A stretch of DNA of 64,000 bases, taken from the NCBI GenBank assembly GCA_025558095.1, contig JAIVFI010000011.1:682001-746000 (forward strand), in the 5' to 3' direction. A program made the position numbers and the translations under genes. Of the stretch, positions 1 through 12,613 are shown piece after piece. The stretch is from Hyaloraphidium curvatum SAG 235-1 (lineage: Eukaryota > Fungi > Monoblepharomycota). Position 1 is the stretch's first letter; every line of letters begins with the position of its first letter. The notes beneath the pieces were generated by a model, which ran no database searches, was not told the DNA's origin, and saw only the letters and a list, made by a program, of their open reading frames with translations.

Positions 1-526
1 GCGGCGTCTTTGAATAGTCCTTTTCGGCAGGAGCTACGGAATCGAAAGAGATGTCGTGACGGAACTCGCACCGCGACCCCTTCAGACAGCCGCCGGGAGA
101 CAGATTGAAGCGGCAAATGAAATCGTCCATGGCATGTGAGAAGAGGCAATCCGATCGCGCACAATGTCCTGCGAGCAGGTGACGGCAGACGGCTTTCTTG
201 GGTTTGCCGGACTGCGCCCCAACGCCGAACAACTCGTCCATAGTCCGTGACAGGCTGAAGTTGTTGCCGGCAAGCACCGTGGACAGCTTCCGTGAGTCCA
301 CGTCCGGAAAGCAGGACGCGAGCATGTCCAGCGGCGACAGCACATGCATATGGCTCCCCTGCCCGTCATCCTGCCAAAGATCCTCGTCCTCGTTGTCTGC
401 CAAGTCCGCAAGAGCATCTTCCTTGTCCGAAGCCGGGCCATCGTCAATCCGGGCTGCAGCTGGGTACGCGAAACTCTCCGGCGCGAATTCCGCCACATCG
501 TCCAGATTCAGGCCAGAGAACGCCAT
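1..526 (-). CDS. PAM2-like/CUE-like/tandem CCCH zinc-finger protein, 5' part (runs off the window start)
   Basis: Open frame from ATG 526, not in the ORF track: MAFSGLNLDDVAEFAP..., CUE-like LASCFPDVDSRKLSTVLAGNNFSLSRTMDEL, fingers CRHLLAGHCARSDCLFSH and CRFNLSPGGCLKGSRCEFRH. Confidence 0.7.
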   Translation of the reverse strand, partial: MAFSGLNLDDVAEFAPESFAYPAAARIDDGPASDKEDALADLADNEDEDLWQDDGQGSHMHVLSPLDMLASCFPDVDSRKLSTVLAGNNFSLSRTMDELFGVGAQSGKPKKAVCRHLLAGHCARSDCLFSHAMDDFICRFNLSPGGCLKGSRCEFRHDISFDSVAPAEKDYSKTP

Positions 527-712
527 TCGACGGCGATTGCCGACTTCAGAACAAGACAGAGATCAGTGCCTGGCCGAAGCGGCCCCTGCCCCTTTGCCAG
601 GGATCCGGGGGCAAATAGCGAGGGCGTCGGGCAAAGGCATGCTCAAAGGTGCGCAAGTATAGTCCACCACGCCGCGTGAACTGTCCCGAGTTTCGCCTCG
701 CTGACGGTAGCC

Positions 713-1454
713 ATGCCCCTCCGTCTTGCGCCTTTGGCGCGCGCCTCGGCCGCGCTCCTGCGCCCCGCGTTTGCCGCCCCGCGGACCGCGTTTGCGCGCG
801 CCGCCCGGCCCGCGGCGTTCGCGCGGACATACGGTGAAGCCTTGGCGCGCCAATGCCCCCGATTGAGCTAACAGAACGCCATGCGGATGTCATGTCGTGC
901 TCGTTTTGCAGCCACGCGAAAGTACACGCCGGAGCACGAATGGGTGGAGGTGACGGACGGCATCGCTACCGTCGGGATCACGGACTACGCTCAGAAGGCG
1001 CTCGGGGACGTCGTCTACATCGAAGTGCCCCAGGTCGGCAAGAAGGTCGCGAAGAAAGGTGGCATCTGCCTTGTTGGCGTTGGAACTCTGCTGATCCCGG
1101 CCTTTCTCGCACGTGGAACTCGGACCTTCCCTTCTCGGCCCGGTCTCCCTGGCGTCTGCGTACATGCTTCGGCAGATATGATCGGTGCTGTTGAAAGTGT
1201 GAAGGCGGCGTCGGACATCTACGCTCCCCTGTCCGGAGAGGTCGTGGAGGCAAACTCCGAGCTGGAGGGGTCGCCGAGCCTGATCAACGAGGAGCCCTAC
1301 GGCCAGGGTGGGTCGACAGGAAAAGTAGTCTTTGAACCAGGCTAATGCCTTTTACGACGTAGGTTGGCTGTGCAAGATGAAGATTTCCGACCCGGCCGAG
1401 CTCGAGGGCCTGATGGACGACGCTGCATACGAGAAGCACACGGCTTCGGACTGA
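713..1454 (+). CDS. GCV3: Glycine cleavage system H protein, mitochondrial (3 introns)
   Basis: Arg/Ala-rich presequence, KYTPEHEWV, GITDYAQKALGDVVY, lipoyl motif VESVKAASDIYAP, INEEPYGQGWL. Confidence 0.95.
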
Positions 1455-1712
1455 ACTGCCATTTACATCTCACTCCATTTGCATCCTGCATGTGACTTGC
1501 TCGCCTTCGAAGACTTTTCGGTTGGGGTTGGGGGCGGTTCAAGGAGACCGGGCAGCCGGTTCGGTAGACAGAGGGCAGGTTGCTATGTATATGGGTACCG
1601 GGCGGACCCAAGGACACTGCTGCCATCTCCTTCAGCTTTGGCGAAGAATCTGCCAATTCGAAAAGGGCAGATCGTGGTTGTGGCGGGGTCGTTCGTCCCC
1701 CAGTTCCGATCA

Positions 1713-3535
1713 ATGTGCGGTATCCTGGTGCGTGTCCGCAGCCCATCGCCGGACACGGGCCAGTATGCATACCGATGCGAAAGCTTCGTCGAGGACTTCA
1801 TCTCGCGACGGGGTCCGGACCACCAGGGATCGCATCGCGTCGAATGTGGAGACCTTTGGCAGATTGCGTTCTCCGCGACGGTGCTGCACCTCCGGGGGGA
1901 CCTGTGCAGGCAGCCGGTCGTCACAGCTAGCGGCAACGTGCTATGTTGGAACGGGGAGCTCTTTGGAGGTCTGCCCGGCGCGGAGGCGCGCGAGGCCAAT
2001 GACACCGTTCTCGTTGCCGCCGCTCTGGAACGCGCAGATGGCCTTAGAGGCATCCTAGAGGTCTTTTCAAAGGCTCGCGGCGAGTTTGCTTTTGTCTTTT
2101 ACCATGCGAGCACGGCGACGCTTTGGTTCGCCCGCGACCACCTTGGGAGGAGATCGTTGCTTTGGCGGTTGGAGCCCGACGGCTTCACCCTGGCTTCCGT
2201 TGGAGGCAAGGACGGGGGATTCTGGGAGCTGCCCGTGGGCGGCATTTTTGCGGTGGACATGCGCAGCGGCGGCGCCCCTGGACTCTGGACCATTCACCGG
2301 TGGGGCGGGAGAGAACCGGAAGAGGCCTTGTCGTGGATGCCTACCCTTCGCGAAGGACGAGAAGTACCTGGAAACTTCTCGTTCTTTAGCGAGCCGCCAC
2401 CAAGCACCTTTGAAGCGACGGAATGGCCCCCGAATGCTTCTCTAGGCGATATACTGCCTCGCTTGGCGGGCTCCGTGGACGTTGTGCAACAGTTGTTGGA
2501 GAGCGCAGTCAGGAAGCGCGTCTGCAACATTCGGTCTAGTGGCACGGCACCTTGTCTCGCCATTCTGTTTTCTGGTGGTCTCGATTGCAGTCTCCTGGCG
2601 TTCATGGCTGCGCGTGCTCTTCCCCCGGGGGAGGTGATTGATTTGATCAACGTCGCCTTTGAGAATCCGCGATCTCTGGGTGCCCGGGTGAAGAGCCAGG
2701 CTCGAGATGGCGGTAACGTTGACGACAAGGCAAAATACGCCGTTCCTGACAGGCTGACTGCCCGGACTTCGTTGGGGAATCTTCGGGCAGCGTTGCCCGG
2801 GCGACAGTTCCGGCTCGTGGAGGTCAACGTGCCTTACAGCGAGGCCATGGAACAGAAATCTCGCCTGCTCGAGCTGATGGCGCCGGCGGCTACCGTAATG
2901 GACTTGGTTGTCACGCCCGGAGCGTGTTGTTGATCTAGTCTGACCGATCTCTCGGCAGAGCATTGCGATGGCGATTTGGTTCGCCGTTCGAGGCTCTGGC
3001 ACCGGCGGGATGTCGGAGGCAAGGGTCGTTCTGAGCGGCCTGGGCGCAGACGAATTGTTCGGCGGCTACTGTGGGTCTGCTCGAGCTCCTGCATACCGAT
3101 CTGACCCCCAACCTAGCTCGTCATCGATCAAGGTTCCAGCAAGGAAGATGGCCCGCATTGGTGCACGAGCTCAACCTCGACCTTCAGCGATTGCCGTCAA
3201 GGAACCTCGGCAGGGACGATCGCATCGTTTCGGACCACGGCAAAGAGCTAAGGCTTCCGTTTCTGGACGAGGACGTGCTCGAGCTCTGTAGCCGCTTGCC
3301 CGTCGAACGCAAATGCGATCCCAGGTAAGGCGGCCGCGCTCGCTCCGCCGCGCAAGCTCAGGTCCCGTCTTCTTGAAGGCTCCCGGCTGGCCTTGGTGAC
3401 AAGCTGATCCTTCGGCTACTCGCCCATCGGCTGGGGCTTGGGTCGACGGCAACCTTTCCCAAGAGGGCAATCCAGTTCGGGGCCCGGACAGCCAAAATGA
3501 ACGGCAGCGAACGGGGCGACGATGCGATCGAGTGA
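1713..3535 (+). CDS. ASNSD1: Asparagine synthetase domain-containing protein (ASNSD1/YML096W-like), spliced
   Basis: N-terminal MCGI, VLHLRG, WNGE, RDHLGRRSLL, LFSGGLDC, INVAF, VPDR, SGLGADELFGGY, RNLGRDDR, PFLD, KRAIQFG. Confidence 0.9.
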
Positions 3536-3566
3536 AAAGAGCTTGTTCACACTGTACAGTGCCCCT

Positions 3567-4295
3567 TTACTCGTCCGCGGCGTCCACTCGCTTCGTTTGC
3601 AGACCTGGATGCGGCCGGCGGTAAGAACGGTGCAGATCCCCCGGCACTTCCGCACATACCCTTGTACGAAGCAACGGGCACGTGCTCGACGTAGGTGAAC
3701 ATCTTCTCCTTCGCGTCCTCGGCGTCGTTGCGTTTCCGGCTCAGGCGGACACGAATCCGGTGCTGCACGTTCTTCACTCCCTTGCCCCACACGGCCTTGT
3801 TCAGGGCGGGATCCAACCGAACCTCCTTCGTCTTCATCGCCCGCTGCGCAAAAGATCGGATGACCTTCACGGCCTTCGGGGCACGCTTCTTGAAGGTCCT
3901 GAGGGCGGCGAACACCGCATCAGCTTGGGTCCCAGAAGCAATCGCCGCCCGTCTCCGGTGGGAGAGACGGCGCACCGCGCACATCCCAATGACTCCGCGT
4001 CACCCGTCGTGGAGCCGGACGAGCGCAGGCCGCGCTCCATCGTCGCCCAGCAGGAAAGGTAGCGCCCCTAGCCCTACTCGGTGCCGCCAGTCCCCAAGCC
4101 ACCGTGACCATCGTCAACTGCACTGAAACTCACTTCCCCAGCAGGTATTTGTGGAGGTGAATAGTGTACTCTGAGGACGTCGTGTGAGCCCCCGCCGTTG
4201 CAACTCGCGCCGTCCCCCCCCCGATACCCACCTCGGCTCACAGCCTCGAGCGCAGTGCTCCGCGACTTCTTCGACTCCTTCTTGTCCTTTGCCAT
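3567..4295 (-). CDS. RPL31: 60S ribosomal protein L31 (3 introns)
   Basis: REYTIHLHK / [11 protein letters not shown] / [33 protein letters not shown]. Confidence 0.96.
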
Positions 4296-4571
4296 CGCGA
4301 CGACTGTGGGTCGCCGACGTCCGCCAGAAGCGAGTAGATGGTCCGGTACCGCGAGAGAGTCGACGGGGAAAGAGGGACGGGGAACGGAATCCTCGGTCAG
4401 ACCCTCGTCCGTCGCGGATCGAGGATGTCCCAACGACGCGGCCTGCCAGTTGGCAGAGGCGCCTGGAGGAGGAACGCACCGGAAGTGTTGGGCGAGCGGG
4501 GTAGGGGTTCTGAGAGGGAAGCGCAAATTGTGTGAACCTTCAGGTCATCATTAAGGGAGTTTCAACATCAA

Positions 4572-6850
4572 CTAGCTTCCCCGACCGCTGCGATCAGCTC
4601 CTCTAAGCGCGCCTTTTCGCCGCCTTCGACCTGATCGGCCATCTCCCTGAGCACCGCCACCACTGCCGCCGGTTGTTGCTTGCGCCGCTCCACTAGCTCG
4701 AGCAGGTGCTCGTACGCCTGCGCCCAATGCATCAGCAATCGGCGCCGCGGCCACCGCGGACTGCCGACCCACCTGTCCCCGATCGCCGCGCGCGAGAGCA
4801 AGGTAGCCGATCACGTTGGCGCACTGCTGCAGCGTGAACAGGCCCCCCTCCAACCGCCGCGCCAGCCGGTCGTCCTCGTCCAGGTCCAGCTCGTCGTCCT
4901 CCACCTCCTTCTCCACCCGATCCATTCTCTGGACGTACGTTTCCCACATCTCGGCCAGCCGATCCACCTTCTCGAACTGTTCCTCCTCGAACTTCCCGAG
5001 GAGGCGCGACCTGTACTCCTCGGAAGCGAACAGGTGGCTAAAGAGGGTTGCGATGATCGCAATGGCATGCTCTGAGGGGGCACTTCAGATCCCGATCTTC
5101 ACTGCATAGCTGATGGGCTCACCGTCCTCCTCCACCTCTGACCAAGCCTTGTACTGCTTGCGCAGGGCCTTCGTGCCTTTGCGCATGAAGATTGCAAAGA
5201 CCGTCTTGAGCCCGAGGATGTCCACAAACCTCCTGCAAAGCTCTCCTGTCTCGGCACTGGAGCCCGCCAGCGCATAGTTGACCACTCTGAGCGCCCGCAT
5301 GCGCGACATCAGCTTCGCCCTGTCATCGGTCCGCCCTGTCAGAGCGGAATGGCTCGGTAGCGCCAGGGTACTCGCTTCAGCATCATCAGCATCAGCTCCA
5401 GGCCCTCCGCCTGCAAAAAGAACGCTTTGCCCAGCGATTCTTGCAGAACAGCGCACGTAGCGTCGAACAGATTCTCCATGAACTCTGTCTCCTCGTCGTC
5501 TTTGGGATCTTTCTTCCGGAAAGGCTGGTCGCACACGGGACCGTTAGCACGTGGGTGCATTTGCACTGCCGGACGGAACTCACCGCCAAACACTGTAGAG
5601 CAATGTCTACACCACCAAGCTCACAGAACTTGAGCCGATTCGCTGTAGAGCTCGGCAGTAAAGACCTCGGACCAACTCGAGGCAAAGCAAGGAGACCAAC
5701 GTTGATCCGCCTGGAGAAGGATAGCCAGCATCTCGCTCGCGTATTGCTTGTTGGAGTCCATCCCCTTTGCCTGTATTCGCCGCAGCAGGAAGGGCAGCAC
5801 CTGCGTCTTCGCCACAACGGCCGACGAGGCACCAGAGTCCACCGCAATCACGTTCTCGATGAAACCTGAAAATGGGTCAGTAGTTTGCTAGGCAATCACA
5901 GAACGTCGCTGCCACCAACCTAAGATACCAAAGACGCCCTTGCGATCCTCATCCCTGTTTTCGTCCAGCCTCGTGAGGTTCTGCACCACCAACTCCAGCG
6001 CCTGCCCTTCGACCAGGGCCTTGACCAACTCCTTCACCCCATTCTCCTGCGCCTCCCCATCCTCATCGGGCACGATCTCCTCGTCCGTCACCTCGTCGAG
6101 CAGCTCTATCGCCGACAGGACAATGTCCGTGTTCTCGTGGCTCAAAAGGCCCAGTATCGAGCCCACCGTGCCCGTCTTTATCAGCTCCGGGTAAAGTTGT
6201 GGTGCCGACGTCACGGCCATCAAGGCGTGCACCTGCTCGTCCAAGTCTGCCTCCGACTCCATGAATCTTCGCGCCCCTCTGGGTAAGACTCCGTGCGAAA
6301 AACACAGCACAAGGATGAACGCACTTCAGCGGTTCATCGGCGAACTTCACACGCAGCTCCTCGTTCTTGGCTAGAGCCTTTTCGAACTTTAAAACCAGCC
6401 TCTTGAGCTGAGGGAGGTCCATCTTCCCTTGGTCCTCCTGCACCCGTGCCAAACGGCAAGCCTCAGAGTCGGTCACAGACGCTAAACAGCAGTATCCTGA
6501 CCTCATCAAGCTGATCGACCACCTGCCCCAGAAGGAGAATGAATGAATTGCAGTGACAAGATCGGAGACGCCGACTTTCCCACCTCGAAAACCTTCTTCA
6601 GTTCCGACGAAACGCCTCCACCGTACATCCGGCCACCTTCTTCGTCCTCAAAGTCGTCCTCCGGGGGCAGTTCGGGTCCAGCCGCTTCGGGAGAGTCGCC
6701 GTCTTCGGGGACATCCTCGATCGTCGTCCGTCCGCTCTCCCGTGCTCCTCCGTCCTCTACGCGGTACTTTTTGAGGGCCTCGTAGGAAGGTTCCTCCGGC
6801 AGCTTCCGCTTGCCAAGGTTTTTGGCAGGCGGAAGCTTGAAAATGTCCAT
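4572..6850 (-). CDS. CTNNBL1: Beta-catenin-like protein 1 (Prp19/CDC5L complex), multi-exon
   Basis: FMESEADLDEQV, LLSHENTDI, NKQYASEMLAILLQ, EETEFMENLFD, EGLELM, RRLEGGLFTLQ. Confidence 0.92.
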
Positions 6851-7074
6851 CGTGCTTCGCCGCGAGCGCTCTGCTCCGTATGGTGGGGATTGCTCGCGAC
6901 GTGTGGTCAACCGCTCCCTTTTCTCGCAGACAGGACAACACTTGCGGCTGAAAGGACAGCCTGCGACGTGCTCTTTGCGCATCGCAATCATCGTGGAAGC
7001 GAGTACTTGCCCGGCCCCGCGCCTTTGGCACGGCGTTAGCCTCTCTCGTGGCGGGCGGTTCCCGCGCCGGGACC

Positions 7075-8347
7075 ATGGTTTCCTCCGTGGCACGCGTGTA
7101 CGCCAATGTCAACGAACAAGAGGAGCGGAGTTATTGGGATTACGACAACATGGTTATTCAGTGGGGGTGGGTTCGGAAGCTCGGGACGACACGATGGGGC
7201 CCAGTCTGAAGCGTGGGTTCCTGCCTCGCGTCTCGGGCATGCAGAGGCCAGGACAACTACGAGATCGTGCGGAAAGTGGGCCGTGGAAAGTACTCGGAGG
7301 TCTTCGAGGGGGTCAACATCACGAACGACGAGAAGTGTGTGATAAAGGTCCTCAAGCCGGTGAAGAAGAAGAAGATCAAGCGGGAGATCAAGATCTTGCA
7401 GAATCTTAGCGGCGGGCCAAACATCATCCAGCTCTTGGACGTGGTTCGGGATCCGCAGGTTGGATTGGTGGCCATCGGCCATCGCCGGGGAGATGATGCT
7501 GATCCGCCGCGGCAGTCCAAAACTCCGGCACTGGTCTTTGAGTACGTCAACAACACGGACTTCAAGGTCCTGTACCCGAAGCTCTCGGACCTTGACGTTC
7601 GGTACTACATTTTGGAGCTTTTGAAGGCTCTGGACTTTTGCCACTCCCGCGGCATCATGCACCGGGACGTGAAGCCGCATAACGTGATGATCGATCACGA
7701 GCGGCGGCAGCTACGGCTCATCGACTGGGGCTTGGCGGAGTTTTACCATCCCGGAACGGAGTACAACGTCAGGGTGGCGTCGAGGTACTTCAAGGGACCG
7801 GAGCTGCTGGTGGACTTCCAGGAGTACGACTACAGCTTGGACATGTGGAGCTTGGGCTGCATGTTTGCGAGCATTGTGGGCGGCTTCCTTGCGGGGCTTT
7901 TTTCGTTCCGGCTGATCTTTCCGGCCACTCAGATTTTCCGGAAGGAACCTTTCTTCCACGGGCACGACAACTACGACCAGCTGGTCAAGATTGCCAAAGT
8001 CCTTGGCACGGACGAGCTGTTCGCGTACCTGGAAAAGTACGACATCGAGTTGGATCCGCATTTCGACGAGATCCTGGGACGATACCCCCGAAAACCGTGG
8101 AACCGATTCGTGAACGCCGAGAACACTCGCTATATCACCCCGGAAGCCATTGACTTCCTGGACCGGCTTCTGCGATACGATCACCAGGAACGTCTGACGC
8201 CAAAGGAGGCCATGGCACACGCCTACTTCGGTCGGTCCCGGAGCCCTTTCGCAGCGGGGGAATCGTGCTGACATGACCCTGCCAGATCCCGTTCGAGAGA
8301 AGGGGAAGGAAGACGAGATGGAGACGAGTACCACGGCGAGCTCGTAG
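7075..8347 (+). CDS. CKA1: Casein kinase II alpha catalytic subunit
   Basis: [72 protein letters not shown]. Confidence 0.97.
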
Positions 8348-9490
8348 TAATGCAGACACTCGGGTTTTTCATTTGTATGGTAGCACTGATACCCAGGCTT
8401 CTCGATTCTCGACTATGTTCTGTTGGTGGCAAGTGTACCAACAACGCGACAAGGGTACCAACAACGCGACATCGCCTGTTGTCGCTGTCCAATACTGCTG
8501 CAACCACGACATGTGAAGCTCAGCTCAAGCTCTCGGGCTTTGAATTCGACCATGCTTTGAACTTCACGGACGCGTGCGTCGTCCGGGCGTGCGCCGGCAG
8601 GTTCGCGACGGTGAGCGTTCTCTCAGAGCAGGATGGGCACTTCCATCCCGAGGAGGAACCAAAAAGATATTAGCTCTATACGATCCCTCTTGGGACGTGA
8701 TTACGGACTCTTTGCTTTACCTCTCTGAGGGTTTCTGGACGTGTGGCATGTGGACGCGTGGCTAGGCAGTGGAGCTTCTGACACCCGAACCGCACAGGCG
8801 GCAGTCAACCAGCAAACATGGGCAGCACGGTCCTGAACGATACGATGCTGGCGTTCACTGTCACGAGACACTTGTGTGGGTACAAACCAGCGGAACGGAG
8901 ACGGGACCAGGCCAAGGACGAACACCGTGGATGAACTCACGTCTGATCACTGATGGAGATCACCATTTTACTGCCTTCCTGCTGACGGCTTCGCTGGGCT
9001 CATTGTGTTCGGGGATCCTGCCGAAGTTGGGTCGCTGACCCAAGCCTCATAGCCGGCAGGACAACCACTTGACCCCGCGATGGGTCTCCACTCGCCGTTG
9101 CGCCTGTACACGCTGTCCAGAAAGGTGCGTCACAATTTCTTGATGTCCGGGAGAACAGCGTGGCGGATGTTGGACAAACAGTCCAAGCATGTATTGCCAG
9201 AATCTGGTGACGAGAACTTTCTTGCTGACACGCTTTGTGTTGCTTGATGGGATGTTGCTCGGCTGCTTTATACTTATCAAATCGCATTTCAGGGACGCTC
9301 TACTGCTACCAGAAATGAGGCTGGATGTACCAATCTAAATGAGCTGTGCATTACAGCAGTCATCCAGATTCGAACATGCCTTATCTGCATAGAGCAAGAG
9401 TCCACAGCTGAAGTGGAAGTCTCATTGACCTCAGACCTCAGTGATCATCCAAATCAGGCTGCCTGAGGAGGCCTCTCCTGCCCCATCATC

Positions 9491-10837
9491 AGCAAGCTGT
9501 TGTCGATTTCCTCAATGACATGCTCAATGGCCATGCAAGACTGGGGCCAGACACTGCTGGTAATCCTACACAAGAGGCGGCCCAAGAACGTGGCTGGCAA
9601 GTGCTACCGGGGCATCAGCATAGAAAGGACACTGGACACGGTCTTTTCCCTGGTCTGGAACGCTTGTTGGCTAGCTCCCTGGCTGGGTGCAACAAGCTGC
9701 TGGAAGGCTTGCAATTTGGATTCCGTGCACAGAGGTTAGACGGCACCACTTTGATCTTGTCGAAGACAGTGAAGGATGCCAAGATGCAGCTGGACCTCTT
9801 GTCCGCATATGTCAGTGCCAGATGGGCTGAAGATCATTAGCAAGACTGCATATGCCAGTGCCAATGGGCTGGAGATCAACGCGAGCAAAACAGAGTGGAT
9901 GGCCAGGAAGATACCTCACCATGTAACGCTCATGTACAGGGGCCAGGAGCTGAAGAGGGTTGACAGCTTCAAGCTTCTGGGGTATCAGCTGACCTCAACC
10001 GGCCGGAGCAAGGACCATGTGCATGGCAGAGAGGCCAAGATGAACGCTGCTTATGGGCTCTGGCTCCGCGACTTCAGGGAGCAGCCTGGGATGAGTCCTG
10101 ACCTCCAGCTCAAGCTCTACAACACAAAGGTCAAGGCAGTGGGCCAATATGGGAACCCGTCCATTGTGGAGATGCCGAACGAGGAGTACCTTGCCGGGGA
10201 AAGCACCAGGGACAGAGTGACATGCATGGCCCTTCGTGCTGTCACTCATCAGCCCAAGTCTACCTCCCTGGCTTGTCTGTATGCGATCACTGGCCAGTAC
10301 CCGCTTGCAGTTCATGACCACGAGTCGGCACTCAAGTTCCTCATGCGCATCAAAACAGCGGATCCTGCGCTGTACCTGCTCTACAAGGAGCTCAAGATCG
10401 AGGCACTGAAGGGGTGCTGGAACTGGGCTGCCTTCCTGAGGGAACTACCTGTGTACTATGGTGGAGAGGAGGGGAGGGAGATGTGGGAGAAGGACACTTT
10501 TTCATGGGCCAAGGAGACTGTCGAGAATCTTGTGAAAGGCAAGTTCAGGGAGATCAATGCCCAGAAGCTCAAGGACAACAACAAGCTGCACTTCTGGAGG
10601 ATGCGTGACATGACCTTGGTCACATTGCACCGTCGCTGATCCGGGTGGAGAAGCACCGGAGGGACGTCCAGAAGCTGCTCTGCTCTACCCACGACCTGGA
10701 GGTTTCCCCAACAAGGATACTCTCCCCATCAATTTTGTCTCGAAGTTTATGTATGCTGCTCATCAAGTCAATCCGAAAGTGCCAGGAGGAGGAGCTCGTG
10801 ATCCTGAAGGGCCGCCTTGAAACCAGGGGCAACAACC
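9491..10837 (+). mobile_element. Degenerate, rearranged LINE fragments (RT N-terminus, post-RT region, short endonuclease piece)
   Basis: Nearly identical to 17.3-18.9 kb, with deletions and frameshifts; 10780-10837 matches the endonuclease segment EEELVILNGRLEPGATT at 21.2 kb. Confidence 0.9.
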
Positions 10838-11061
10838 TGTTGGAGTGGCTATGGGGCGTGGGGAAGACGTAGCCCCAGTGGTCTGAACCGGGTCAGAACT
10901 CAGATGGACGGGATGGGGAGAGGGACAGTTTCACGTTGACCCGTTGTCCATTCCCTTGCGATGACAAGTCCCTAGATGACCCCTCCGGTCGTACCCAAGT
11001 ATCCCCACACGCCAATAGACTCCCTATTGAGATAGAATCGAAGCAACGATCCATTCCAACA
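10838..11061 (-). repeat. 224-bp Copia-type LTR with adjacent polypurine tract
   Basis: TGTTGGA...TCCAACA terminal inverted repeat; on the minus strand it is preceded by GAGGGGGAG (11062-11070); a second PPT-TGTTGGAA copy lies at ~11124-11147. Confidence 0.85.
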
Positions 11062-12510
11062 CTCCCCCTCGTTGCAAGATTCCCTCCAGTGCATATCAAT
11101 CCCAACAACGTAGCAATGCATTGTTCCAACACTCCCCCTCGTTGCAAAGTTGTCTCCCAGATGTGATCTCCGTTGCAAACCAGTTGCAGTTATCAAGTCA
11201 CTTTCAATACTCCCCTCCTGTCAAGAATCCCTGAGAAATCTCCAGTTTCACTTTCAAATCTCCACAAATCCCCGAAGTGCTTTGAAATGCTCAAACTTAG
11301 CTATCCATTTTTGGTCCTTCAAGTCCAGTCATTTGCATCACAGTGTTATGCACCTCTTGCTAGTTTCCTGCACACAGACTGGTTCTGCCTCGTTGCACAT
11401 TGCACAGATCCTTCTGCTGATTCTAAAGCAAAGCTCAACAGTCCCATTGCATGCGTGGTTTCTCCAGGTCCTTCCACCTGGTCAGTTTCCACCATTCCAG
11501 AGTCTTCCTAGAATGTCTGGCTCTTCCATTGGTCACATGCTCTCCTCCTTTAGAGTCCATCCAGTTGTCCTTCAAGCTTGTTGGCAAAGCACTCTGATGG
11601 TGTCCTTGCAACACCTCCTCCACGTGTCCCGTGTTGACTGGATCAAAAGCACATCTCCCAGAAAGTGATTCACCAACAGCAAGTTTCCCAGAAAGTGAGT
11701 CACCCTTCATCACTCCCCCTGAATCGCTTTCTTCTGCTCCTTCCAGGAATGGGTCGTTCCCTGTACAGTGCCCAAGAACATCTGTATCACCAATACCCTT
11801 TGTCTCTGGTTCACCACCCTCAGGATCCAGTTTGTTGCAAGCATCAGATCTCACAGACTCTCCATGCAGCTCCACCTCCTCCTGAATCATGTCTGGTTCG
11901 GAGTGATCTTCCATCAAAATGTCCCTGTCAAGTTCGCAAAGCAGCTGTCCATTTGCATCTTTAGTCTCCTTTCCCAAGTCAGCAACAAAATCTGTTTCAG
12001 CATCTCCATTCTGAACCAAATTCAAATCCCCCTGGTTATCCGGCATGTTCAAATCGTCTTGCATGAGTGTCTGCTGCATCCCTCCATATGATGCGTCCAG
12101 AATCTCAGCTCTGCTGAAAGTACTTCCACTTCCAGAGTCAGACCCTCCACTGGTCAGGTCACATGCCTCATGTCTTTCGAAATCAGAGCCTCTAGCTCCC
12201 TCTGCAAGGTATGGATCGTCCTCCACGATCTCTGCGTTCATCTGATACGAGCCGTTGTGCAAACTCAGTGTTCCCATGAGTTCACCCTCTGGGGAAAGAA
12301 TATTGCCACCCTCTGGGCCCAACAGCACCAGGAATCCCATCTTCACCACGCTCTCAATCGATGGCAATGCTCCACATCGATCTCCAATGTTTGCATCCTC
12401 CATCAAAGTGATGATCTTCCCTGTCAAGAACCTCAGTCTTGTGGCCCGAATACCACCCGCGGTCGCCGATCCCTTCGTGATCCCAAAGTCACGTAGGCCA
12501 CAAATATAAT
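11062..12510 (-). mobile_element. Non-autonomous Copia-like internal region (post-protease segment plus acidic ORF; no IN/RT/RH seen)
   Basis: LPSIESVVKMGFLVLLGPEGGNILSPEGELMGTLSLHNGSYQM resembles the Copia segment that follows the protease; region ends in PPT+LTR. Confidence 0.55.
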
Positions 12511-12613
12511 TGCTAGCCAGAAACCATCCGCCCATCCAAGTCCAGCTCCAATGTCAAGAACAACTCCAACTGGATCCAGAGGCTCCAAACACATCCATCC
12601 GTCCCCAACAACA
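12511..12613. repeat. ~105-bp TG...CA repeat (probable solo LTR, family X), copy 1
   Basis: Similar to 15293-15397 and, inverted and partial, to 20710-20739 (shared core TCCAAACACATCCATCC..CCCCA.CAACA). Confidence 0.7.

Noticed and set aside
8400-9480. Short ORFs between CK2 and the TE island
   Set aside because: Frequent stops and no recognisable motifs; possibly a decayed gene or TE, but no call can be supported
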